A stretch of DNA of 63,856 nucleotides from Aplysia californica (Eukaryota): contig NW_004797570.1 in assembly GCF_000002075.1 (NCBI RefSeq), positions 364,528-428,383 on the forward strand, given 5' to 3'. Both the position numbers and the translations under genes were made by a program. Under the pieces are notes generated by a model, which was given only the letters and a program-made list of their open reading frames with translations, had not been told where the DNA came from and made no database searches. Position 1 is the stretch's first letter; every line of letters starts with the position of its first letter. This document shows positions 40,051 to 53,059 of this stretch, in pieces.

Positions 40051-41994
40051 TAGTAATAAACTATCTTAATGCACCAGATTAAATTCGTAGCGACGGTAGC
40101 CATGGGGTTGGTAGGCTATCGGACCCATAATCAAGAGATTGCGGGTTCAGGAATCCGAGCCTCAGCGCGGTCTGACGTTGTGTCCTCGTATATATATGGA
40201 CTTTAAAACTTGGAGGTCCCGCCTCTTAAATAAGCTAATAGTGTTGATTGATAGGGATGATAAACATTTTACCATTTCACCATTTTTCATCAGCAGACTA
40301 AATTCAGCCGGCCAAGAAATATTGATGAGCCCAGAAATACTTGTTTCTAAAATATGGATAGCTGCATAATAATATATGCTTTTCAACCTGCAAACAGACG
40401 TTTTTCTCAGTCGAGCATGAAGTTGGTACATCAGAGCTGGTGGTATAATGGGATAGCACCAATCGCCATCTTAACTAGTGGTAGAGACTAGAGACAAACT
40501 ATTATTATGGCCAATTTTGACTCCTTTAGATCTGCCATGCACGGGAAATGTGCATCAACCGTTTACACGTACAGCTCCAGATGAAACTTATGTAAATTCA
40601 TACAAAAAATGTCTGCGGGTCGGAGTTAGGCAATAGTATATTTTTTGCGTCAAACACCCTTTAAACACATTCTTTTAATTCGACACTAGTCAGTCTTGGG
40701 GTCGCCTTAGACATTCCACGTTGTATTGTGAGTCCTCACAAAAAAGCCTCATGGACCCCAGCCAGCCATTTGGTCGTGGGGCAGCTATCTGGCAACGCCA
40801 GATATTTAGCCGCTTGGCCGAGGCAGCGCAGTTCCTTTGAAGTTTCTGCGGGAGACTTGAAAATTTCATATTGGGCAAAGCCTTAAAATAATGTAGCATT
40901 TTAAAGATAGAATCAGCACAAATCACGAGCAAGTCGGCAACAAATGCTTAAATTAAGCAGAGCTCGGAAAGACTTGGGTGGGAAAGAGGCTATCAATTTC
41001 CAGCAACCAATCCGAGTGAGTGCCGTGTGCCGTGCGTGTAAATGCTATTAACACATGTTGTACTATATATAGGCGTTCCTTTTCGTACAGACTTTGGCAA
41101 AGCCTGGCGGTAATCGCGGCTGGCAGTTTGACGGGGTTTGTTATAACGAGGTTTGACTGTATGATGTAGCGTTGGCTGTATGGTGTAAAAATGTGAGTAA
41201 AAGCATTATGCGCCTTATTGGATGCCATCCTCTCTATTTTATGTGACAAAGAAGTCTGAAGCTGAAGGGAATAATTCGATCCAAGGTTGTTGGTTAAAGG
41301 ATCCAGCCGATACTATTCGAACGATATATTACAGTTATACATCTCCATTGATTTTCTTAATTTCAATGAATAAGAATAAGAACAAAATCTGGATTCCTTG
41401 ATCCATTCTCCTTTCAATAGCAGCAGCAAGTTTTTAATTAATTGAAATTAACAAAATACCGCTACACCACTTTCAGTTTTAAAAAAAAAGCCCATGAAAG
41501 ACATGCAGTTCCATGCAAACAGTTCATATCTTGTAGAAGGACAATAGTCAGAGGTAGGCCAAGGAGGTTATGTAGTAAGATTCTTTGAGTTGAGTAGGTC
41601 TACTGTATTTGTACAATATAATTATATCTTTCACTTCACTACTCTCTGTATTTAATGCTTCTGTTGTGTTGAATGTTCCTTACAAAACAGCACATATCAT
41701 TCAATAGACGGGAGTAGTGCTGAGTTTTTAGCGCCTGTTGATTATAGCCACAACCCCCCCCCCCAAACCTTTAATTATTACCGTTATCCTGGACTTAAAC
41801 AATCACCTATCTGTTCAGTTTCCCAAATTTGTTTTTGGTCTAGATCTACCCCTGTTATTTTTGCATTCTGTTTCTCCAGTGAGAGCAGGATGTTCAAGGC
41901 ATTTTTGTCAATTCAAGTAGACCGTTGGATTCAAAATTTGTCTCTTCTTTGTTGCTTTCAATAGTGTGCGTACCCCCCCCCCCCTCCCCCACTT

Positions 41995-42375
41995 CTGGCT
42001 GAAGTGCCTTTAGACCATTCCAGGGGGTACATTAATTAACATGTTCTTATGCTCAGTAAAATTTTTAATGGGCTGATTCATCAATGTCATGCTCATAACT
42101 ATGCATGAACTGCATACGGGGAACTGCTGCTTTTTTTCTCTCTTTATCCTTACTAATACTATCGTCATTTTCCTCTACTTCTTTTGTATTTGTATGTTTG
42201 TCACTCTCTTGTGACCTGCTATTTCCGGGGTGTCTTGATAGTCGCAGCAGACTTTGTGCTGTAGAAGCTTGAGAGGTGAGCACAATAAGCCTGATTCCCT
42301 TTATGGACTTCTCTGTTGACATCCACCCCTTGGCGCTCATATATGACCTTGTGCAGTTGCGAGCGCCGGAAAAAA
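41995..42375 (+). mobile_element. Retroposon 3' portion (hairpin-tail family)
   Basis: Homologous to 48150-48500 and 36551-36809; ends in the GGCGCTC...GAGCGCC stem. Confidence 0.7.
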
Positions 42376-42739
42376 CTCCTCTAAAAACTTAACTTAGAGG
42401 TTGTCAAAAACCAAGGTAGCCTTATCGAAACACACAAAAAAGGGAAAAAATAGTGTGCGTGCGATCAAGCGATTTCAGCACTCTCATTTGATATATTTTT
42501 TAATGAAAATATCAACAGTCTCTATAGAAACCACAATTCTTTTGCGTCCAGATTGCTTTCGATATCTTTTGTTATTTTGTCAAGCATTCTCAACAATGTG
42601 GAAGGGATACTTGTCCATACCCTTTAAGAACTCATATTCTCGTTGTTATTGAGATGTTTCTGGGTTGTTGTTTTTTTTAAACCCCAAAATCGCCCCTACA
42701 AGAGAAATTATAATCTCCGATCGAAGTACTTAAAGGAGA

Positions 42740-44210
42740 GGTGGGCAAAACACTGCCAGGAAGAAACTCGTCTCGAAGGAGAACGCTCTGACATATCTGC
42801 GGAAAACAAAAGACATCGATTCCCTCGTCATTGCAAAACTTCGGGAAAAGACGGCATCCTGCTAGAGGTCAACAAGGCTAGTGTCTATAAAAAAAGACAA
42901 CGACTGCTTCACCATCTCAATAAGATTTTGCAACGCCTACTGGGAGGGGGCACTAGTACCCCAAGAGAAGTGCAATGCCAAAATCATTCGTCTAAGATTA
43001 CATGTACTAAGAACAAGGTGATGGCAATGACTGCGACAATTACCGCGGTTTTCCCCCCACTCAATATTGTTGAAAAAGCCTTTTCCCTCGTAATGCTGAA
43101 CAGAGCGGCAATCGGTGAACATCTATTTCCACAGTAGTGAAGTGCGGATTCAGGGTTGACAGGGGGAATAATCAGCATGCTTTATTCACTCAAGCAGCAA
43201 GGAAAATGCAGCAGAGGCGCCCACTCTACACTACATTGCCTTCACAGACCTTCGAATCACCTGAAAAGCTTTTTTCTATTTTCCACACACTGCTCCATCG
43301 GACTGGCCACTCCGGACCTATGATCGTCCTAGGATGATTCAATTTTTTCATGAAGACACGCAAATGTCCAGTACGATGATGTAGCTTTATATCTTCGGAT
43401 CCTATCCCAATAAAGGAGTTATAGGGCCTAAAATAGGCTCGACAACGTCTGACGATGACCAATACATCCGCATAGGAGGATAAATCTCTAACGAAATAGA
43501 AGAACTTGAATAAGTTAAAGGTTAAGGTGACCTAATTAAATTGTGGCTTCTGTTGTGGCCGATACGAGACCAATCCTATCAGAGATCTTGAAAAGCTTGC
43601 CATTCAAAAGTTCCCCATCCACAATCCACTCATGGATGTAAGAGACATATTTCAGGGTGTCTTTGTAGCGCTTTAAACGCGTTCTTGTTTAATGTGCTCC
43701 ACAACTCGATCAGAGTTATACTAACGTACAGTATTGATGCCAAGAATTCTCCTGAGGTATTTCAGATGAAAAATTATTAATTTTTTTGGCATGGCTTTGG
43801 TACACCGTCCATGTCTCAGCACCATGCAACACGGTTAGAAGGGCCACAGCTTTGTAGAGTTTTAACTTATTGTCTTTGTGCAAATGCCAAGCAGTCCCAA
43901 TTCTTGTTCTGGGCCTTCCAAAGGATGTGCAATTAGCTTTTTTCATTCATAAAACTTTTTCTGCATCGATGCCGGCATTTGAAGATATCACTGCCAAGAT
44001 ACTAAATAAGCTATCAACATTACTCAAGTGTTGTTCTATGAGGCCTATAATTGTGATTTTAAGAGGAGGGTCTGCGTATCACTTGGGACAGGCTGGAAAA
44101 AAAAACTTCTGTCTTTGCTGTGCTTACCATTGTCCATGGCCTTCAGTAAGTCTAAGAATAGCATTTATTATCCTGTTGACTTTCCGCCAAATATGTTATT
44201 TATATTTCCC
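42740..44210. mobile_element. Highly degenerate RTE (BovB-like) LINE; the 3' part is inverted relative to the 5' part
   Basis: Plus-strand remnants ERWAKH, SGKDGI, LNIVEKAF and CGFR (about 42740-43400). Minus-strand remnant KLKLYKAVALLTVLHGAETWTVY (about 44210-43620). Confidence 0.65.
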
Positions 44211-45508
44211 CTATCCCCTTTGAGACCGGGCCTTTCTTTTTTTAAAAATGCATAGTACATGCATGTATATAATTAAGCTACATAATATATTTCTAAGAAT
44301 TATTTCTCTTTTTGTGTTGGGGAGGAAACGGGATCGAATTAACGACTGGCTAGATGCAAGGAGGGTATTTTTTCTCCTTTTTTCTGTTCTTTTTCACGCT
44401 ATGGTCAAAACGCCGACTCCTGCATGATTGCAGCGAACAACAACATCGATTTTGGTGGCATAAAGGTCTTTTTTTTTATTGAACCCTCCCCCCTTAAAAA
44501 AAAAAGCAGCTCCCTTCCTCTTCCAAAAATTTTCTTCGCTTAAGTCAATATTTATTAGTATGTTTCAGAGGCGGAAAAATGAACATGGTGTTTTATTATT
44601 GTATTATTCAAAGGAAAATAATTAATTTCACGTTTAAAGGTAACATTTTGCATGGGGGTTATGTTGTTTCGTTTTCAAGGTCTCGTCAGCTGTAAATAAT
44701 TAGTCTTTTTAATAGACTGATGGAGTATTGCCGAGTTGCTTTTGTCCTCTCAAATTGTTCGCTTATTCTGCAGTGTGGCTTATATTATGTTTTAGTTTTT
44801 AAAAGTAGTAGGCTAGTTTTAGGAATGAGCCGTAATACAAAAAATATTTTTAGGTAAATATCTAGCCGACTGGATGCTGTTCATATTTTTTTCTTTTCAT
44901 GTTTGAATTTTAGGTACAACAACTAATTTGAGCAACTACCTCATGGATTATCTGGCAAACGTGCATGAACCATTCAAATTTCTGCATGTGCTCGTGTTTA
45001 CATTTGTATTACACATGATTTTTCAAGGTAAATCGGCTATAACAGATCTTCTTGGCACATTAACTGATGGTAATATTAATTTCTGTATTTGAATTAGCTG
45101 TGGATGGAATGTCACGTTTAGTTATTTGTTCTTACTTGTATAGATCTACAGGGTATAATTGATTCGACACCTGTGACAAGGCCCTACTAGATCTAGCTAC
45201 ACCTACACTACTACACTACTGGTACTGGCGGGCGTGTGTGAGTGTATGTCCTCGTCCTCGTACTCGTATGTGGTTCTCTTTTGTCTTCTAGAGATCTAGA
45301 TCTAGATCTAGATCTAGATATTAGATCTAATACTGTAGGCCTATTACAGTGTCTGTGACAATAGTGACAGTCTGTAAGTCTGCACTGTGAATGATCATAT
45401 CCTGTGACATCATATGAGTAGATATCTAAATCTAGATTCTAGATCTAGATCTAGAGATCTAAGATCTAGAATCTAGACTCTCTGTGCAAATCTACCTTTT
45501 TTCCCGGC

Positions 45509-47373
45509 AAGTCTAGCCGTACTTAACTATGGCTAGACTGCCAGTCTAGCCGTACTTATTTTTAATATGGGCGATGGCTGGACTGACCATTAAAAAAACG
45601 AAGTGATTATTCGGACTCGAGTCCGAATATGAAAAAATGTTATTCAGACTCTGATTCTTGTCCAGCATTCTTGACTCGAGTCCGAATAAGAAATTTTTTT
45701 ATTCGGACTCGAGTCCGAATATGAAAATTTTTTATTCGGACTCTAGTCCGAATAACGACGGCCTTGCCTTAGAAAAATCGAAGTGACTATATGAAAGTGA
45801 CAGAAAAGAAAGTGGCTATTCTCACCCGCCCGGAAGTTCTCGCAAGATCAACTCCTCCCCTCTTCTCTCTCTCTCTGTCTCTTTCTGAATACTGTCTATC
45901 GGTGTGGACGATCAAATTGACCAAAACAAAGTTAAAAAATGATGTTAAAACACAAAAGTAAATTAATTTGGTTGTCTACAAAGATGCTACGGCTATTTAA
46001 CTTTTCGAATCGAGCCGAACTACACTTCCGACTTCCTGTGACTCGTGACTCCAGCTTCCTGTCCTGCCTCACTCGTGACTCGCCTCTGGCTGGGAAGAGA
46101 CCGGGATCACTTCGGGCAAAATGGCGTTTTGTGCAGGAGCCAAGTTTTTATCTTATAAATGATGAATTTGAGGTCGGCCTGAAAAGTTATAGCGCTTCTA
46201 ATAAATGTTTATTTGTCAAGAGGTCATTAGAAGCAATTAAAGATGGCTCGTTAGCGTGTGTTGGGGTCGGATGGGCGGCCTGCACACGTGTTGCTGTGTG
46301 CGTGTCGGGGAGGGGGATGGGGGGCACTATCGGTCCGGGCGTTGAACATCGCATACGTGTCAGTCTTTTTCCCCCGGCAACTGATCATTATTACAATAAT
46401 AAGCTAGTCTTGACGTAAATCTATGTAATGAATTGTGCGCTGGTCTATGGAATCAAAAGTTGCCGTATGCTCAGCTCTACACAGCAACACAACTTTTTCT
46501 TGGTAAACAATAGAGATGATACAGGCTTGTGTATTTGAACGAATCTGTCTTTTTTTTTTTACACAGCTCATAATATGCAGGTGCCAGGTGGTCTGCTAAT
46601 CTTCAATTTTACCTTTTTCTACAACAAATTGAAGAAAGTGGGAAACGTGGGGGGGGGGGGGTATCAATGAGGCGGCGGGCATCGGATCGGCAGAAAAGGT
46701 GTGTGGGAAACTAAAAAATGGTGGAAAATTGGAAGCATTGAACGTTAGATCTATAGAACGAAGACACTTCCTTTGTTCCGGACCCGAGTCCGAATAACAT
46801 TTTTTCATATTCGGACTCGAGTCCGAATAAGAAATTTTTTTTTTCGGACTCGAGTCCGAATATGAAAAAATGTTTTTCAGACTCGAGTCCGAATAAAGAC
46901 GGCCAAAAAAAATAGGCCTACTGAATTGTAAACCTAAAGTATTTGTATTTGAGACGAAATCAGGTGCTTTAATGACTGTGCATGTATTTTAAACCCCCTG
47001 TTTTCTAATGTTAATAATAGGGCCTACGATAAGTACGGCTAGACTGCCAGTCTAGCCTTACTTTTAAGTACTTAAGTACGGCTAGACTTCTTGGCTAGCC
47101 GTACTTAAGTACGGGTAGACAGCCAGGCTAGCCGTACTTAAGGACGGCTAGACTGTCAGGCTAGCCGTACTTAATATTGATGGCTGAATTGTAAATGAAA
47201 TTTTTAGTTTGCAATGCCTAAAGTATTTGTATTTCAGACAAAACCAAAAGGTGCCTTACTGACTTGCATGTATTTGAACCTGAATAATTACTAGATCTAG
47301 ATCTAATGAGACCTGTGTACTTAACAGGTTTGAGTCGATAGGGCCAAACCTGGATCTAAGTACGGCTAGACTT
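45509..47373. mobile_element. Foldback-like composite element bounded by 17-bp inverted repeats and containing palindrome arrays
   Basis: AAGTCTAGCCGTACTTA at 45509-45525 and TAAGTACGGCTAGACTT at 47357-47373. Arrays of CTAGCCGTACTTAAGTACGGCTAG variants (45510-45557, 47029-47173) and of ATTCGGACTCGAGTCCGAAT (45608-45753, 46776-46894). Confidence 0.6.
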
Positions 47374-47386
47374 AGTTTTTTTTTAA

Positions 47387-47986
47387 GGCTGGCTCTATTT
47401 CTGTGAACAGTTGGAAAAATAAACTAAACTTGAAAGTTGAACTGTATGTTTATTTCTCCGAACGGTTTCCCTTTTCGAGATTTGTTGTCCATTGTTGATA
47501 ATTTGCGAATGGAGTGGCCCGTGTGTGTGTGTGTGCGTGTGCGCGCATTGTGTGTGTTTAAGTTGTGACAGGGCATATATAGGGGCGGGGGTGGAGGGAT
47601 TTTTTGTTTTGTTTACATGAAGGATGCCTTTAGTTTTTGCTTTAGGGATGACTCAATGTAAAATAGGTTACTGCTGAGGTCGAGTCGAGCAATCTTTGTT
47701 TTCTCGCAGTAGCCTACCTTTCAAATGAACAAGTATAGAGATCTAGTCTGGGGACGTTGCCCCAACGACAATTGAAATATCTGAATATTCAGACATTTAA
47801 AAATCTCTTGCTCTAGAAATTGATTTTGATGCAAAAAGTGCTTCTTCCGAGTCCTCGCAGAATGGCAGAAAATGAAAGATGACGACTAAATCTCGCAAAT
47901 AGTCAAAATATCTCAAGAACGGAAACCGTTCAGAGAAATAAAGATCAAGTTTATTTTCCCGAGCGTTCGGAGAAGTAGTCACTTCG
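47387..47986. mobile_element. MULE-like element with long imperfect TIRs
   Basis: The ends read GGCTGGCTCTATTTCTG and (reverse complement) CGAAGTGACTACTTCTC. Internal inverted segments at 47451-47490 and 47881-47940. T-rich imperfect TSD. Confidence 0.5.
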
Positions 47987-48149
47987 TGTTTTTTAAAGGA
48001 AGTGGTTATTCGCGGTTGAGAATAACCCGTGTCTCGCTATTCTCACCTCCTCGTTTTACCGTTAATGACTCTAGAGGGATCAGGGATGAGGTTACTGTGC
48101 TTTTGGATCGCGTCTATCCCACAGATTTCGACCCACCGGGGCAGCGCCA

Positions 48150-48500
48150 CTGACTGTAGTGTCTTTAGGCCATTCCCAAAGGGGGGACATTTCTCGTTCA
48201 AGCACAGTAGAATTGTAAATGGGCTGATTCGTCATGTCACGCTCATAACTGTGCCTGATCTTCAACAGGGAACTGCTGCTTTTTCTTTCCTAATCCTTAC
48301 TATTGTCATTTTCCTCTACTTCTTTTGTATGTTTGTGACTCGCTATTTCCGGGGTGCCTTGATAGTTGAAGCAGGCCTTTTACTTTTGAAGCTAGAGAGG
48401 TGAGCAGAGTAAGTCTGATTCCCTGTAAAAATTTCTCTGTTGACACCCACCCCTTGGCGCTCATATGACCTTATGCAGTTGCGAGCGCCGCAAAACCCTC
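48150..48500 (+). mobile_element. Retroposon 3' portion (hairpin-tail family)
   Basis: Homologous to 41995-42375; GGCGCTC(48456)...GAGCGCC(48489) stem followed by an A-rich tail. Confidence 0.7.
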
Positions 48501-48699
48501 TACTAAAAAAAACAACAACAGAATTTCATTTGGCTCTCTGGATCTTTTTTGGCTCCACACTTCAAATGTTCAAGAAGAAAGGGAAAGTCTCTGAAAAAAG
48601 AGGCAAGAAAAAAAAAAGTGAAGAAAAGAGCTTAGATTGCTTAATTATTAAACTAGTTGACACGATTTAATGCCCTCGCCCATTTGGTCTGAATAATTT

Positions 48700-49451
48700 C
48701 GAAGTGACTATTCGGACTCGACAAAAATTATATTCAGATTCTGAATTGAGTCCAGCGTGACGTCCGTTCCGACTTTCTACCCTTGTTCCTAAATATATTT
48801 CCAGCTTTTACGAACATTTTTTCGATTATAATGATAACAATTGAGACATGAGCTTTAATAACCAGTTACTAGATCTATCTAAACTGGCCCTCCCTGCATC
48901 TTTAGTCTGAACAAAACGACTAAGTTGAGTTGACCTTGCCGGGGGCAAAGTTAAATGTTGACCAATGAGATTGCGCGTAGTGATATCGCACTCTCGGTTT
49001 GCGGGGGGAAGAGGCCACGACTGTCGGTTTTGTTTGATATGATTTTTTAAAAAAAATTACAGAAAAACTATAACTATAACACAAAACAAACTCAAATATG
49101 GAAAGACAAATGGTGGTAGAAGTAATGATGATGCTGTAGTGGTGATAGAAAGACCCTGAGTTGTTGGTTACCGTGTACATAGACACTGCCATTGGGTAGA
49201 TTTAATGAGAGTGCAGTCTTTTGACTTTTGACACAATTGCACAGTCCTCCTAGTAGGCAATTTATGGTTCTAATTCTGGTTTTACGTATAATCCCCAGAT
49301 GACACCCTTACACTCACATAACTCAGTTAGAAGCTTAGTCCAAAAAATAAAACATTTTTTTCGACCCGAGTCCGAATAGATAAAACCCATATTCGGACTC
49401 GAGTCCGAATAGATAAAAATTATATGGACTTGAGTCCGAATGGAGCTGGCC
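48700..49451. mobile_element. MULE-like element nested in 47998-49938
   Basis: 9-bp TSD GAATAATTT at 48691-48699 and 49452-49460. The ends read CGAAGTGACTATTCGGACTC and GAGTCCGAATGGAGCTGGCC. Palindrome array at 49360-49441. Confidence 0.78.
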
Positions 49452-50524
49452 GAATAATTTACAACCCTTCTACTGTAGTGCAAGAGCATTAGTTTCGTGC
49501 CCATGTCTCGTTACGTTCGTACACACTCTCTGTTCCTTGAACCATAATTTATTGTGTGTGTAGGCAGATAAGCCTGCCATCGTTAGTGTGTAAACAACAA
49601 ACGGTATGGTCCGGCGGGTGGCCGGTCCCTCATCCTGCGCACCAGGGTCTTAAGTGAGACATACTTTTTACATTATTATTATTCTATTTGTTGTTCATTA
49701 AAGATTAAATAAATTTAGCAAAGATCTGGTTAAGATGATCATATCTAGATCTATAATTTTAATATATATCTGTTCTGTTTCAAAAGTCTGACTCGTAATT
49801 TTCCATATATCCTGACTTTAATACCTGTAAGAGCGCTCACGCTTGAAGCAGTCCGAACTATTACATATAGCTACATTATGTCTTGGAGGAGAGGGGGGGG
49901 GGGCTGAGAATAGTGGGTCATGAGCTATAGAGGTGGCCTTTTTTAAAATAGGAAAAGGAAAGGTCTTAAAGTCTTAACATTATTTTAATTAATTAAGGGC
50001 AGTTAATTTCAAGTTCAAGGTAACGCCTGAACAGCTGTCAAAGTTTTAACACTTTGACATCACAAGGCTCATATAAAGTAAAAAACCTTGCCATCAAAGG
50101 CAACTAGGCGATTTGGGGAAAATCCAAAGATACTGGGTAGTAAACATCGCCGATCGGCGAGATGTGACAGCAAAGTGTTACTAGAGTACAGTGGAACTAG
50201 CCTGTTCTAAGCCACTACTGACATGTCTAAAGTCTACGTAAGTCTTAAAAAGACTAATTAACTTGGACCCACTACATCTACCCGTGCTTACCTAAGACTA
50301 AGTATCTCCTGTACAAACTGCAAAACGCTGCTTCCCATTCCCTCCCCTTTAATTTTCGTAAAGTGGGCCTATACTTTTAGGCCCGTCCCGCGGGTGGTGG
50401 GCAAATGTTCCCCGATTAAGCGTATTTTGGCACCTCGCCCTCCGCCCGGTCTCGTATTAGTCTGGCCTTAGCTCAGCGCATGCATGCCAAGCATCATCTG
50501 TGATGACCGGGTCCGGTATTCCAG

Positions 50525-51125
50525 CAGCTCAAGTGTGTGTGCGTCAGTCTGTTTGAGTTTGTGTTCGTGTTAGTTTGTGGCCTACTTCTAGAACCATTTG
50601 TGTTGGTTCAAAACCGAGTGTACGTCTCTTTCAAAACATGTCAAGTTGGTAGCTCTAGGTTCGTCCAATTAAATTAGTACAAACTGACTCATTTAGATAT
50701 GAGGAGCTCAAAAGGGTAGCCAGGAAACAAGAATTCCGATTTTTCTATACAAAATTTATTAAATGAGCTTGATTTTTATAAAATGATATTGCCTGATTGA
50801 AGTAAGCTTATTTGAATACCATTGTGCAGGTAAAAAGAAAAATTAGAGAGCAAATCATTCAGAAGTTGACCTGTATTATTTCCTTTCCAACCCAAGATCA
50901 TTCATCACAACACGAGCCTCTGAAAGGTTATTCGAATGGGTGTAACTACTTGTAACGATGTATCAACTTATGAGGGGAGGGGGGTTGTTATTCATGTGTT
51001 CGTAACACTTTATAAATAGAAAGCTATTAATATGGGATGAGTGCCCTCGGCGACCCGCTGGAATGTCCACGGTAAGAAGCTACTAATAAGACTCACATCT
51101 CGGCATAGACACAGATTAAGAGTTA
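50525..51125 (-). mobile_element. Diverged inverted copy of the 28544-30456 element (empty site)
   Basis: Reverse-complement similarity to 28545-28899 and 29939-30315, without the 1033-bp insertion. Confidence 0.75.
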
Positions 51126-51503
51126 ACATTATAAATTATACTGTGTAAGATGTCTAGCATGGCCACTTTTCTCCTTGACAATGGGTGGCTGTCTTTTTAG
51201 ATCCTTGACGATTTCAACATTTACTGTATGGCTGTATGTTTCTTGCCTTTGTTATTGCATGATTGGACTATGTTTCCAGGCTGCAATCGGACTGCCAGTA
51301 CAGATAAAAATATTTAAATATTTGAGTTGTTGTTTGGGCTTTGGTAGGGAAATCTTCCAGATCTGCAGGTTTTATTAACCTCTTTGCTGGATCCGGGTAT
51401 AAAGGTTTGGGTAGGGTTACGGTTAGAGTAAAGAAGGTAACCTTCAATTTAACTGTAGTCCTAATCCTTACTGTCTTATTACCTGAATCCAGCAAATAAA
51501 AGA

Positions 51504-51992
51504 GACTAGCTGGGCCCCCGTTCGATGAACGGATTGACACAGAAGTGTGTTGATTGTTCCCAGGAGCAAGGAAAAGAATTTGACAAAGGAGTCCCTGAAA
51601 AAACGATGATGGGCATCAAACGAAAGGATCACAGTCGAATTTAGCACCAAGTAAAAAAAGAAAACATAAGGCTAGATCTATACGAATCGCACACTTAAAA
51701 TAGTGCTCAGTATTGCGCGATAGTAGTGAACAGAAGTACGACTTGAAATAAACAAACCTGGCTGATTTTCTAAAATTACAGAGACAGAAGCGTCGGCCTA
51801 CAAAAGTGATCGGCGAAATAAAGAAAATGAGCTTTTTGCAGCAAAACTATGACAAAACTGAAAAAAAACGAAGGGTGTCATGATCAGGAAAATATTTTAA
51901 AGAATCTTTTGGCGAAAACCGCATGTCGATCGATGCCGCCATTAAAAAGTCTTTTGAATAGCAAAATTCGGTCACCACAAATAGATAATAGA
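51504..51992 (+). repeat. Dispersed repeat, possibly Helitron/HINE-like (ACTAGCTG...ATAGAT ends)
   Basis: An inverted second copy lies at 55629-56033. Confidence 0.7.
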
Positions 51993-53059
51993 AAAGGAAC
52001 AAAATATGCTGATCTCTAGAAGATTTTCCTAGTCTGGATCTTGACAGTCTAGTCTGCTGTGTTGTTTTTATGTTCTACTTGACAGTCTACCATTGATCAG
52101 TCTGACAACTAGTCTACTTGATGGTTTATTTGGCAACTACACTACATCCAGGGGGCTTTTGTGACCTAAAGAACTCTCATTCAATAGGTCCCATGTTAAA
52201 ATCCGGATAGTGACGGAAAATTTTCTTCTAAAAAGTTTTCTCCTTTCACATCCTTTCCTGCTGTCTAACAATAACAATGTTCTGTCATCTGCTTTCATCT
52301 CCACTTTCTGCCCCCACCCCCACACCTCCTTTGCCCCCACCTGTGGGCTCCTGACTTTTTGCAGCCTTTCTACCGCTTCTCCTTGGCTCTTTTTTACTGT
52401 TGTCTTTCAGCCACACCATTGATGTTATGGTAGGTAAGATCTACACCTAACCTTCTTGGACAAGGGCGAAAAATCTGGGATGTCCCATGTGCGAGTTGCG
52501 CTCGATAAAGATCCCTTGGTGGTCCAAAATCAATAAGAGTAGGCTTAAGCCTTCTTAACAACTGAAAATGTTGGTGTGTCCCGCGCACTCATATATGACC
52601 TTATGCAGTTGCGAGCACCGTAAAACACTTACCAAAAAACCACAACTCACGGTACAAAACATTTACCTTCTGCGTTATTCAGGCTGGATTGTCATTTGCC
52701 ATTAACAATGTTTTGGTCGTTGTAGTAAGTTTGTCAGGGGGGAGGGGGGGGGGGGGTCTTGAAAGTAGTGAATCGGGGTATGGGAGTGATAGTACAAAAA
52801 TAAATAATGAGTAAAATTACTTTTGCAGGCCTTTTGGTAGAATGCATTGTGATAGACTGTGGTCAGTCAGGTGGGATTTTCAGTTAAGTGGACCTCATGT
52901 AAAAAAAAAAAATTGTCCTGTTAATGGGACCTTTGACATACCACTCTCTGTCATATCACATAGAATAAGAGACACATTTCTTTACAGCATCCTTTTGTTT
53001 ATTGTCGTTGACATTCTGTTGGATTCCCATGTCTGTAGCAGCTATGAATCAGAATCGTG

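Larger units (their letters stand above)
47998..49938. mobile_element. MULE-like non-autonomous element with nested insertions
   Basis: 9-bp TSD TTTTTTAAA at 47989-47997 and 49939-49947. The ends read GGAAGTGGTTATT and TATAGAGGTGGCC. Confidence 0.7.

Noticed and set aside
45939-46418. 159-aa ORF as a transposase
   Set aside because: It has no recognisable DDE or DNA-binding motif and crosses a repeat boundary.
45608-46894. CRISPR-like array of palindromic ATTCGGACTCGAGTCCGAAT repeats
   Set aside because: The spacers are only about 11-13 nt, A/T-rich and repeated. There are no cas genes, the context is eukaryotic, and the arrays lie inside transposon-like elements.
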